Positions 35,301 through 46,470 of a stretch of 60,000 nt of DNA are shown here, piece after piece (the stretch's first letter is position 1; each line of letters opens with the position of its first letter). The stretch comes from Botryllus schlosseri. Lineage: Eukaryota. Where the stretch lies: NCBI GenBank assembly GCA_051294905.1, contig CM119372.1:8434001-8494000 (forward strand). Reading direction: 5' to 3'. A model generated the notes under the pieces. The model was not told the origin of the DNA. It saw only the letters and a program-made list of their open reading frames with translations, and made no database searches. A program made the position numbers and the translations under genes.

Positions 35301-37584
35301 CTCGGACTCGAGTCAAAACACTATGACTCGGACTTGACCCTTTAAACGGTGACTTGGACTCAAACTCGACTCGGTGATGAATTGAAAATGACTCGACTTG
35401 ACTCGAGTCAAAACAACAAAAGTAAGATTGACTCGTGACTCGGAACCATGTGACTTGGTTACAACCGCTAAAGAGCAATGTAGTTTTGATACTGAATTTC
35501 CACCATTGTAGCTTCGAAATGTCGATTCGTCGCATCATAGCATTCAAAATTCTAACCGCATTTCCGTGATCAGCCTGCGGAGTGGTCACAGTGCGATGAA
35601 ATCGTCATAATGACAAAGTACAAAATAATTTTATGATGTCTAACTATCTATCGTTGTTCCTCTGATAGCCGGATATAGATAAATATTTGAACTTTCAAAG
35701 TATTTGTACTGTTACGGCGTCATAAAGAGTGGTGCTAGAATATTCGACTCAAAGCTTAACAATCGACTCAGAATCGAATCAGTCGGGTTCTCGATTTTGG
35801 ACAGCCCTAGTCCGAATGCAATGCCCATAAAAGAATTTTAAAATAGCTGACCTTCATTAACGAGCAATAAGTGATGCGACCCATCCGAATTTTGTGCCTG
35901 TGAAGTTTCGAGTAAAGTCCCAACGCACGTCCCAAGTCCTCTCTGAAAAGAGTATATATTATAGTGAGATGAAAAATATGTTACATACCGCATAGAGACG
36001 AATCTGTTACATAATGTCGGGGTACAGTTGAGCACAATTAAATGATACTAGGTTGACCTCAAGTCCGCCTATCGTTTAATCCCTGTGCATCCTAAAACAT
36101 AATCTTTTACCGATTGGGGCTTTGCGCGACCGAGTTGAACAAAGCGGTGTAGGTAGCTGCGGACGGAACTATGGCACGTTCTCTCATCGCTTTGTACAGC
36201 TGAAAAGCCTTCTTCGCCTGTCCGGCCCGGCCCAGGGCACCGATCACGACTGTGTAATTTGACTCTTCGGGAAATACTTTGTCTTTCTGCAACATCCGCT
36301 CCTCGAAAAACTCCAAACATTCCCGCCACTGACAGGAATTTTCAGATTAGAGCATAAAATGAGCAATGGGCACGCGATGAAACAATCGCCATATCTTCTA
36401 ATAAATTAAGGCTTGCTTGTAAAGAGATATGATATGTGGAAAAGGACAGAAAGGTTATGGATGTAGATTTACAGAATAAATACTCATAAGATCATTTTCA
36501 CTGGCAGAGAAAATAGAGGTTGGCGGTGGATATAAAGGTGTTTGAGGATAGTTAAGTAGCAATTAAATGTCGTTTTTCTTCCTGTCATGTTGTCGAGAAT
36601 GGATATGCGGACGTTGGCGATTGACATAGGCTAACTACGCAGTGTACCATCTGACATTAATTTGCACGGTAGACGTACCTTTCTTTGTTTCGCCAACTTT
36701 TTGCATCTGTGGAAATACCAAGCAGGTTGCTTGTCGCTGAAGAATTGCGAGCGGTACGGTTCTTCGTCGTCCTTCTCTTTCGAGAGGCGTAGCTCCGGTG
36801 GCAATCGAAAAACTGTAACGCCTGAAATAATCAGCCATTGTAATTCTCTCGCGGGTAACATAAATAATTAGCCTACTCTCATGTAAAGTAGTCTCAGAGG
36901 AGGTCGGTAACAAATTACTTCTACTTTTTCCGATAGGTTTTACTCAATTACCTCCACTTACGCAAAGCTGTTTTGGGATATACTTGCATGACCTTAAAGA
37001 GTAAATTGTCATATCAAATAGGCCAAATGGTCCCCTTATCATGACAACTTAATATACTTTTGAAAAATTGTACCCGTTCGTATCATTAGTCATTTGCGTT
37101 AGTTGCCAAGATGGAACCTGCAATTTCCGAATCGCCTATAAACTGCTACAAGTATTCAACCCCTCAACCAAAGAATCTACTTTTAGAACCACTTACTTGA
37201 GTATCTTTCAGACCCATTTTTACCTCCACTTGAGCTAGTTTTCACATGACTTGGAAAGAGCAGCCTCCAGTTCTACTGGAGTATCAACATTAACTAATTT
37301 GATAACCACCGAGTGGTTTACCGTACTTCACAGATTATTGAAGTCAGATCCAACTCTTTGGGCAGATCTAGTCATTTTTTCACAGGTTTCAAGATACCTT
37401 TCTTTTTTGCGAGCATCCCAAACTCCTCCTCTGTCACGTCATCATCAAGGTCCCATTTTCCCGCTGTTTTTTCCGCCTTTGCACTGAATCCTCGCAGAGG
37501 CAGGCTATGGCATTGAGATTCGTTACGTAAAGACCTACCGATTTGACGTGAGACTCTCAAAGACCTCAGAATGCCGCCTAACAT
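29350..37584 (-). CDS. PTCD1: Pentatricopeptide repeat-containing protein 1, mitochondrial, 12 exons, about 651 aa
   Basis: complement join(37584-37398,36821-36679,36328-36111,35942-35852,34112-33963,33841-33732,32881-32425,32366-32211,32049-31924,29792-29711,29651-29521,29454-29350), GT-AG and frame-consistent (1956 nt). PAWYFHRCKKL, ERMLQKDKVFPEESNYTVVIGALGRAGQAKKAFQLY, ATYTALFN, AIQVWR, CGIGDP, LDTDFYN, FRRRYKEWL. Confidence 0.92.
29884..30665. mobile_element. Truncated copy of the CAGTGTTGGGA hAT-like element in PTCD1 intron 9
   Basis: Colinear with 30907-31690 (GACTCGAGTC repeats, ATCACAAATAAATTGA, TATGATTTAAATCGAAC); right TIR missing. Confidence 0.8.
30727..30806 (+). repeat. Tandem duplication with about 44-bp period
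   Basis: CAAGTGTGTACTGTACAGTATACGGTATGCCGTGTT occurs twice. Confidence 0.9.
30907..31822. mobile_element. hAT-like non-autonomous element (TIR CAGTGTTGGGA) in PTCD1 intron 9
   Basis: CAGTGTTGGGAT...ATCCCAACACTG; perfect TSD TCCCAATG. Confidence 0.92.
33180..33598. mobile_element. Buster/Charlie-type hAT MITE in PTCD1 intron 6
   Basis: CAGTGGTTCCCAACC...GGTTGGGAGCCACTA; perfect TSD ATCTAACG. Confidence 0.88.
34154..35467. mobile_element. hAT-like element (TIR CAGGGTTGTAA) in PTCD1 intron 4, containing a nested foldback element
   Basis: CAGGGTTGTAA...TTACAACCG; perfect TSD CTAAAGAG; GACTCGAGTC repeats. Confidence 0.88.
34237..34734. mobile_element. Decayed Tc1/mariner-like foldback MITE (TA-flanked)
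   Basis: TA|CAATAGGGCTGTTCAAAAATAAC...CAGCCCCATTG|TA; same termini as 52925-53543. Confidence 0.75.
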
Positions 37585-38138
37585 CACTTAATCTAAAAAT
37601 ACGTTTCTCTGTTATATAAAATTACGGTTTTAAAATATATAACTATATTTAAAGACAGGCAAAACAAATGTGGTGGACATTGTCACTTTAAAAGAACTAG
37701 CACATGAAGACAAACCGGAAATACTGTATTCAATACACTACAATCTACAGGTACCTTTTGAATAGTCTCGGTCTCAGTGGAACTAACATAAGCACAGATA
37801 ACAGAAAAACGGACCACCAACACGGTAAGGATCATGCATGCATCAAGACACATGGTAAGAAATATTCAGACATCTAAACTTGAAAACATACATACAAACC
37901 GTATACCCAACAGTCATAAACCATGTTTTATATTCCAGAAATGTGAACACTGAACATTATTACAGCCTATATCGCAACACAGATACCTACACAATTCGGC
38001 GGTCAGTAGCACAAGAATTTGTGTTCACGTATGTTACCGATTCAAAACGCATATATCCCGACTGTACCGTGCTTCATCTCCGATTCAGGATATGTAAGGA
38101 AAACAACAGACGTTCAACCATGAAAAGCAACGAATTCA

Positions 38139-41099
38139 TTACTTAAACCCATCTTGCATCTCCTTAAAAACGCTCGTAACCTTGTGAAACCTAGACTCCA
38201 TGGCTTTCTTTTGCCGTTCTGCGTCGCGCAATACTTCTCTCATTTCCTCCTCGACCGAAGCCACCTTGCCTCTCATCATCTCCAACTCGTTGCCGCAATT
38301 TTTCATCATCATATCCAGCTCATTTTGATGGGCAGCGTTCGCGGCCTCCAGCTGCTCTCGAAAAGCAGAATCTGCCTTCGCTAGCCGGTTGGTTAAAAGT
38401 GACTTAGACTCGAGAGCGTCATCACGTTCTTTGACGGCGGCCTGTATCTTTTTATCGTACGACTCCTTCATCTGTTTTACTTGTGTTTCAAGGCGGCTCA
38501 AAATCTGGCCTTTTTCTGACCATTTTTTGACGAGTCTGCTGTGCACCGTCTTTAGATCATCTAACTCCTTCTCCGAGTCCGCCACGTGTTCTTTTAATTC
38601 GTTTTTCCTTTCGATAAGAGCAGTGATCTGTTCGTTAAGAGTTGCATTGTCTTGCGTCAAATCCTCCAATTCCTGCTCCAATTTCTTCCGACCATCCAGA
38701 CTCTCATCTTGTAGCCTCACGAATTCCTGATCCTTTTCTACCAAAGCTTGCTTCATCTTTTGTATCGACTCGGTCTGGTCCTCCACTATTTTCGTTTTAA
38801 TCCGCAACGCGTCAAGGTCTCTCTCGTTTTGTTTTTTTAACGACGCGATCTCTTGTTTTAGAGACTCGATTTTCGATTCCAGCCTGCCGCGGTCCTGCGC
38901 TAAGCTCGCGCCTTGTTGAGCTAATTCGTGCCCCCACAGTTTTCTTTCATCCCGAAGGCCGTCGACTACAGTTTGCAACGCAGCCAACTGCGAGATCAAG
39001 CGAGATTTCTCTTGCTTAACCAGTTCCAACTGCACGCCGTTTTTTCGACCATTCTCAGCAGCTACTTCCAACTTACTTAACCTGTCTTCGAACTGCCGAT
39101 TTGCTTCTCTCTTGCTGTTGATTAATTCCGTTATCTTTAATTTTTGTTCCTTAGCAACGGAAGTGAGCTCTAATATCAGGGATTGGCATTTTTCCTCTTT
39201 TTCTTTCGATTTGCGGTAGAGAGCCCGCATTTTTTGCAGCTCGGCTGCGCGACATTCATTTTCAGAGTTGACTTTCGTGAATCTGTTGGCTTCGATGAAC
39301 AAAGCCTGTCTGAATTCGTCTTCCAATCCGGCGTATCGTTGCTTCAATTCTGCAATGGTTCCTTGCAGACTCCTGATCTCTTCTCTGTGACAAGTTTCCT
39401 GCCTGTTCATCTCTTTAGACAGCGCGCTTTTGAATTCAGGACTATTTACAGAAAACATGCAGTCGCGTTCTTTTTCGTGCTGACGTTTAGTAGCGACGAG
39501 AAGTTCTTGCAGTTCCGAGACTTGTTTTTCTAATCGTAGATTATTCGCCCTCTGCGTTTCCACTTCTCTCACAGCTCCCGACGCTCGGACTTCAGACTCG
39601 TGAATTCGTTTCGCTTGTTCCGCCAAAATTTTGGAGTTGCTCGCAACGGCGCCGTCAGCGTTAGATTCCGCTTTCGTGATAGCTTCTTTCTGCGTATCGA
39701 TGGTTCTTTTACACTCGACTATTTCATCGGACATCTGCGCTATCTTTTCTCTACACCCTATCAAGTCGGAGTTGATTTTTTGACTCTTTTCTCTTTCACG
39801 GATGATAGTCTGCTTCAGTTTTTCGGCAGTTTCTGCCGCCATGTCTTGTAGAGATCTCCCTTCTGCTTTATCGTTACTCAAATTGCGAACAAGTTCAGCT
39901 AATTTTCTGGCGGCTTGCTCGCTTTTCCAGCGTCTCTCGCGTTCCGTTTCCAGCTCTTTCACCAAATTCAGATAGGTCTCCTTTTCTTGAACACCTTGGC
40001 TTCTTTTCGGTGGAGACGCCGATACTCTACCTAGCCTGGTTTTATTTCCGACACTTTTTAAAGGCAGGCGAGATTTCGGACCATATACCGAGCTGCTAGA
40101 CGATTGATTTCTGTCACTTTTTGATGTTTGTTTTGATTTCAAATTGTTCGACGTGGCATCTTTTGACTTGGAATCATTTTTCGCAGTTTCTTGCCGAGCG
40201 GCTACAAGATTCGCGAGCTGGGATTCCAGATACTTCAATCTCTTTTCTTGGTCATTTTCCGCGGCATCTTTGGCGTTATCTGCTTTGTTGTCAGATGTTT
40301 TCTCTTCCACAGAAGATATGAAGGACTCGACAAATGTGTTGATGGATTTTTCTTGGGATTGTGATGTAGGCGCTCGCTTGGACGATAGCACCGAGTCGAT
40401 AGTAGGAGTGGGCATGACTCTAGGAGTGGGAGGCTGACAAATTGAACTGGTAGGATCTGTTGAAAAGTGATCGAGGTCGGAGAAAGTAATATCAAGGCTA
40501 AGACCATTGAGATGAGTTTGGTGATTGTATGATGCGGGCTGGTTGTTACGGTCCGTATTATCAAGAGATATCAGCTGTGGTAGGTGTTCAAAGACCCTAA
40601 CACGATAGTTTGGTAATTTACAAACAGGATTTCCATGACTTTCATTATGACCAAGCACCAAATAGCTTAATGAAAGTACACCGCCTAGACTGGCAAATAC
40701 GCTTTGAATATTATTAATTAGATTTCCATGTAACTCAAGCGCTTCCAGCTTATACGAAGGTCCATTCATTTCTACCAAACCGTCCAAATTGGACATGTTA
40801 TTGTAAGAAACGTTCAAATGTCTCAAATTTATCAACGCACCGATACCCCTGAGATCAGAAATATGGTTGGATGCCAGATTTAAAACGACGAGTTGTTTAA
40901 ATCCACAAAGTCCCGACAAACTCTTGATGTTGTTTGATGACGCATCGAGCTGGGTCAAGGAAGGGGCACATTCTAATCCGTGAAAAGTTTCAATGCAGTT
41001 CGAATGGACGTTGATAGTCAGCACCGACGGATTGAGATCCAGTTCTTTGAATGAAGTCACTCCTGCATTAATCGCCGACACATGGTCCGATAGACTCAT
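38139..41099 (-). CDS. LRRCC1: Leucine-rich repeat and coiled-coil domain-containing protein 1 (centrosomal), intronless CDS, 986 aa
   Basis: N-terminal SDS22-like LRRs with LRR cap (GNPVCKLPNYR..VF..LPQL..LD), ERERRWKSEQAA, LEDEFRQAL, ERKLWGHELAQQGASLAQDRGRLESKI, DALRIKTKIVEDQTESI. Confidence 0.92.
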   Translation of the reverse strand: MSLSDHVSAINAGVTSFKELDLNPSVLTINVHSNCIETFHGLECAPSLTQLDASSNNIKSLSGLCGFKQLVVLNLASNHISDLRGIGALINLRHLNVSYNNMSNLDGLVEMNGPSYKLEALELHGNLINNIQSVFASLGGVLSLSYLVLGHNESHGNPVCKLPNYRVRVFEHLPQLISLDNTDRNNQPASYNHQTHLNGLSLDITFSDLDHFSTDPTSSICQPPTPRVMPTPTIDSVLSSKRAPTSQSQEKSINTFVESFISSVEEKTSDNKADNAKDAAENDQEKRLKYLESQLANLVAARQETAKNDSKSKDATSNNLKSKQTSKSDRNQSSSSSVYGPKSRLPLKSVGNKTRLGRVSASPPKRSQGVQEKETYLNLVKELETERERRWKSEQAARKLAELVRNLSNDKAEGRSLQDMAAETAEKLKQTIIREREKSQKINSDLIGCREKIAQMSDEIVECKRTIDTQKEAITKAESNADGAVASNSKILAEQAKRIHESEVRASGAVREVETQRANNLRLEKQVSELQELLVATKRQHEKERDCMFSVNSPEFKSALSKEMNRQETCHREEIRSLQGTIAELKQRYAGLEDEFRQALFIEANRFTKVNSENECRAAELQKMRALYRKSKEKEEKCQSLILELTSVAKEQKLKITELINSKREANRQFEDRLSKLEVAAENGRKNGVQLELVKQEKSRLISQLAALQTVVDGLRDERKLWGHELAQQGASLAQDRGRLESKIESLKQEIASLKKQNERDLDALRIKTKIVEDQTESIQKMKQALVEKDQEFVRLQDESLDGRKKLEQELEDLTQDNATLNEQITALIERKNELKEHVADSEKELDDLKTVHSRLVKKWSEKGQILSRLETQVKQMKESYDKKIQAAVKERDDALESKSLLTNRLAKADSAFREQLEAANAAHQNELDMMMKNCGNELEMMRGKVASVEEEMREVLRDAERQKKAMESRFHKVTSVFKEMQDGFK

Positions 41100-42561
41100 T
41101 TGTCAATTTTGAATATGCAAGGCCGACTATGATGCGGCACCAAGTTTTATGTGGTATACGGTTTAATTCTGCAACACTAAGACATAATAGGTACAACCGA
41201 ATTAATGACTTGGATATATTATGGGATATTTTGGTTATGGAGCTTTGAAAAGTATCTAGAGAAGTTTTATCTGATTGGTCGTTGACTCGACTACAGCAGT
41301 CGAATGATAAAATATTATTCAAGCTACAGAAGTGTAAAAGTAACCAGCTATGAGATATCCCTCACTATATCAGAGGCGAAGAAGATGAGGATGTGTATGC
41401 TTACTGGCTTCTAAAACTAGATCGATTATGAAACACCAAAAAATTATACGGTATCGAGTTGCAACTTGCAGCCCAAGATTCAAGCAATTCCTACATTAAA
41501 ACATCGGATTTTCAAATAACGAAACATTCACGTCTATCAGGGAAATTACGAGAAAGACATCCTGCGGCCTCTGGTAGAATACCTTCTAATGATGATGCCA
41601 AACCTGCACATTCTACTATACCGTATGTATATATACATTGCATAGCTTCAAAATCAAAACACGCCGCCATCAAAACACCTGCATCGATTTACAATGTTTA
41701 ACTGAAAACTTACCCAACCATGAAATTTAAATGATATTATGCTACGATCATGGATGAATGACTTTACCCCAATGTTTGCAAAATTGCACATCGATGGCAT
41801 TCAAAATATGTTACAAATAAGTGATTTTGAGTGAATACGCTCATCATCTTTATGTAACTAGTGGGTAAGTCAGTGCAGTTTTATGACCTATCGATCTCGC
41901 TTCCCATGACATGCCGCCCTATTTCTTGTCGCTTTCTTTTTCTATACTGTCTTCTTTACTTTTATTCAGTGTGCAACTGTGCATGCCTCCTCTTTACATC
42001 GTCTAGGCAAAGGTGGGTGTCTGATTCCATAGGCTACTCCAAGTCGCTTCGGCATCTTCCTGTCTTTTCATTGTATCGCATTTTTGTGGTGTATTCAACT
42101 GATAAAAATTGCTAATAAACCAATGATAATGACGTTACCTCAGAAGAGACGTGTTCAGTAAAGAAGTAGGCCTACTTCACTTTTTTCGAAGTATTGAAGT
42201 CGGTCTGGCCTACTTTCACTACTTACTAGAGTGGTTTATATTTTCACTAATTATGGTTGGACTCTACAGATTTTGCCGTCTAGAAACTTACTTTTGGTTT
42301 TGCACTTCGGATTTTGTTAGCTTCATTATAACTTCATTTGTTTCACTAGCTTCTATATAGTTCATGGTACAAAATAACGGCCTGTAATGGCGTGCAACAA
42401 TGCTATGCACACGACACAAATGCGATGTTATGAACAGATAGGGGGATGTCGAAACGACCTAGTACGCTCTACCACCCGCCTACGCCTGATGTCCTTCACC
42501 GGGTATTTTTCTGTCCTTTTCTTGCAAATACTCCGTAAAAATAACGAAATGAGGGTAGTAT

Positions 42562-43870
42562 CAGAGGTGGTCAGTAACGAAGTACTTCTACTTTTTGGAA
42601 GTACTCAAATAGTTTTCCTCTACTTCTAGTACTTACTCGAGTAGATCTGATTTTCTCTACTACTTCTACTTCGCAATATTTTGTGATCTACTCACTTACT
42701 TTTCGCTTTTTTCAGTTTGTCAAGTAGAAGTAGTTTAATTCCCAATATTAAAGATAGCCTGATGAATTTCGTTGTCGTTTTCAGGGAGTACAAACATTTA
42801 ATATTCAAAAAAGTCAAGTGAAGCCCAGAAATTTTGTTGCGCTTCGCGCACAGTAGCCTAGCCATGGAGTGACAAATGTATTTTCACGAAAGTATCAGTG
42901 AATATAATTTAAGTACCGGATTGCTTATGGTTCCGCTTACACCGCATTGTCACCCATATCAAACATTTCATGACAGTAAATATATGGCCCACCATAACGT
43001 TTGAAACCACCGTTGCGCAATCTAGCAATTATACCTATCCTATCGTTATCTAGCAGCCCATGACGTGTCCTGCTAATCTGGAAAATCAGGCTTTTTGGAA
43101 CGTTACACCTATTTTAGCAGATCACCTTTGAACCTTTATGGACAAAAGACAGGAAATATATTTCCGTTTTTTTGTAGTGGTATTTGTATTTCACTTTCAA
43201 TTCCGAGTATGATACTCCGTGTATCACACTTCCAATTACTTTCAGTTCTTTTGTCTGCAGAACATACATGTTGATTGTTGAAGCATAAAAGCAAGTGCAG
43301 TAATACCTATATTTTCCGAAAATAAAGCTACACTAAATATAAATTTTAAGATCCACAATATTTGTTATTAACATATACTAATCGCGCAAAGTGTTGAAAC
43401 CGTATCCGATACAACTTCTCCGTATTGCTCTTCGCCTGAACTTGGGGCCTTATAATATGGGGTAGGGCGCCATGCCATGACATTCTCTAAAACGGAGTAT
43501 TCTAGTAAACAACGGGTTAGTATCGCATTTTCATATCAATACTATAATTTGCATCCCATGATGCGAAAGAATGCTTATTCAGTCGAAAACTGCTACCTCT
43601 GGGCATGCATCAATACGAATCAAGGTATCTATAGCTCCCGCATAGCTCAATTTGCAGCTTTTGGCAGTCCATGCGCACGAATTAAGACTGCTATGTTTTC
43701 CAAACTACTTACTTACTCGAGTAAATTTAAAGTCAGTCAATTCTACTTCTACATCAATTAGTTTTAGGTTGCTTATGGAAGAAGTACTTCTACTCGTACT
43801 TGAGTAGATTTTTTCGTCGCTACTTCTACTTCTACTTGAGTAGCGTTCTTGACTATTTTGACCACCTTTG
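42562..43870 (+). mobile_element. hAT-like non-autonomous element (TIR CAGAGGTGGTC, AGTAGAAGTA subterminal repeats), copy 1
   Basis: CAGAGGTGGTC...GACCACCTTTG; perfect TSD GGTAGTAT. Confidence 0.92.
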
Positions 43871-44278
43871 GGTAGTATTCACCGAGATAAACCTCCTCCG
43901 CTGTAAACGTGCTAGTACCGAGAATAAAGTGGAATCTCTCCTAACGTTAGTCATTTTGCATCGCTCATCGGATATGCATCTTTCAATTACGAAAGTAGAA
44001 ATCTCCGACTAAAAGTGCTAAAGGTATGCGATACCCATGCCAAATCTATTTTGAAACTACTTACTCGACTAGGCCTATTACTTTTTATCTTTTACTTGTA
44101 TATTAAATGAAATAGTCTTGGCACACCCTGGAAATCGCTACTTATTCTACTTGTAATCGAGTAGAAATTCACGAAGCGAAATCTACCTGAGCAGGAAAGC
44201 TAACTAGATCGACCGCCTCTGCCCCAGGCCTGTAGCATAAGCAGAGGTAGGGAATAGGCCTATTTATAAGGCCTAGGC

Positions 44279-44598
44279 CAGGGGTTTTCAGCCGGTCTTT
44301 GCCCGTGGCCCATTTTCCAGTTTGAAAATGATCTGGGGTCCACCTCTTATCCTAGAGTCATAGTCCCGTCCGAGGCGTGGTCATCGCTGGCGCCGATATG
44401 CCTATTTCTCTAAAATCTGCGCATTTTTCTCTTACTGATCATTACAAATGTGGACATTCAAAGTAATGAAATCGCGCAAAGCCGACGAAAACTTTCTAGT
44501 TGAATAAATCTCCTCCCAACAAACAAACGACCAAAGAAATTTGGGCCCCTTTGAGCTCCCCCCAATTGGGGGTTTTAGGTGCCGCAGTTACGGTCCTG
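44279..44598. mobile_element. Chimeric/truncated MITE: Buster-like left end joined to a CAGGGCCGTAAC-family end
   Basis: CAGGGGTTTTCAGCC start; 44375-44598 is reverse-complement similar to 50723-50970. Confidence 0.55.
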
Positions 44599-44655
44599 GT
44601 AGATCGTATAACTCTTGTCTACATTAATATGGCCGCTGTTCCATGCACTCACATC

Positions 44656-45954
44656 CAGAGGTGGTCAAAGTAGTCAAGAAAGCTACTCAAGTAGAAGTAG
44701 AAGTAGCGACGAAAAAATCTACTCAAGTACGAGTAGAAGTACTTCTTCCATAAGCAACCTAAAACTACTTGAAGTAGAAGTAGAATTGACTGACTTTAAA
44801 AGTACTCAAGTAAGTAAGTAGTTGTGAAAACGACCCTAATTCGTTCACATGGATTGTAAAAAGGTGCAAATTGAGCTATGCGAAAGGTGCCTAGCTTGAT
44901 TCATATTGATGCATACCAGTAGGTCTCCAATTTTCGATAGCATGTAAGCATTCGTCCACATCATGGGATGAAAATGATAGTATTGATATGGAAATGCGAT
45001 ACTAATTCTCTGTTTACTCAAAAAGTACGTTTTAGAAAATATCATGGTACTGCGCACTCCCCCATATTATAAGGCCTGTAGTTTAGTCGAAGAGCAATAC
45101 GGAGATGTTGTGTTTGATACGGTGTAAACGCTTTGTGCGATTAGTAAACGTTAATAAAAAATATGGTGGACCGTAAGCTATATTGTGTAGCTTTATTTCT
45201 GGAAATTGAAGACATTACTACACTTGTTTTTATACTTCAACATGTACGGTATCCAGACAAAAGAACTGATATAGGCCTAAATTAGAAATCAAAATATATG
45301 GTACTCGGAATTGAAAGTGAAATCTAAATCTAAAAACGGAACATGTATTTAATGTCTTTGAAAGTTGAAATTGAAAGTTACGAAGGTTGGTATGCTAAAA
45401 CCGCTCTAAAACTAAAAAAAATTCGGAGTCCACTTTTCCAGATTAGGACACGCCATGGACAGCTTGATTACAATATGATAATTAAATGCTAAATTGCGAA
45501 ACATCAGTTTCGAACGTTATGATAAGCCATATATACTGTGATGAAATACTTGATGTGGCGAAGGGCGACAATGCGGTGTGAACGGAACCACGCCAACCCG
45601 CGACCTAAATTGTATTCACCGATACTTTCGTGAAACCATACTGGTTGCTCCTTATTCACTGCGCGCGAAGCGCGACGAAAATTCTGGACTTAACTCAACT
45701 TTTATGAAAATTAAATGTCGATACTCCGAGAAAACAGCCCCGAAATTTCTCAGGCTATCTTCCTGATTGGAGGATTAAACTACTTCTACTTGACAAACTG
45801 AAAATAGCGAGAAATAAGTAAGTAGATCATAAAATATTATGAAGTAGAAGTAGACGTAGTGAAATTCAGATCTACTTGAGTAAGTACCAGAAGTAGAGAA
45901 AAACTACTTGAGTACTTCGAAAAAGTAGAAGTACTTCGTTACTGACCACCTCTG
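44656..45954 (-). mobile_element. Same hAT-like element, copy 2, inverted relative to copy 1
   Basis: CAGAGGTGGTC...GACCACCTCTG; perfect TSD CTCACATC; colinear reverse complement of 42562-43870. Confidence 0.92.
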
Positions 45955-46470
45955 CTCACATCGGGAAACTTAATAATCTAATCCCCGCATCAACTGTGTG
46001 ATTGCCGTTTTATTTCCACTGTGGTGCGGATTGGGGCAGGGCCAGCTTCAAACAATTCTTTGGTGAAAGAGATACTGCACAGATGTGGAGAAAGAATATT
46101 TCAATGTTCAAGCTGTACAATGTAGGCTAGCCTACATATAGTATGTCCTGTATCTACGTAAGTTGCGATGTCAGAACATTCAATACAATGGTACTATCAT
46201 TTCATGTGACTCTTACATTAGGCCTACGTAAAATGATTTCGAGGCCGGAAATTTTAAACCGACTCCAAACTTTAATGCACGTACTGCTCTAAATCCTCAA
46301 TACATTACGATTCGTTGCAGTGGTGCCGTATATACTTCGATAGGAAGTTGAATTGAAATGATAAAATTGCTAATAGACCGAACCGAATTACCGGCATTCG
46401 ACAATTCGAAAATTTGTCAAGTAGGCTATGAATAGGCACTATAAACTTTCACGTGGCCTACGTAATACAG

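Noticed and set aside
38154..40564. Several 66-116 aa ORFs overlapping LRRCC1
   Set aside because: Antisense or alternate-frame shadows of a coiled-coil CDS with no recognisable domains
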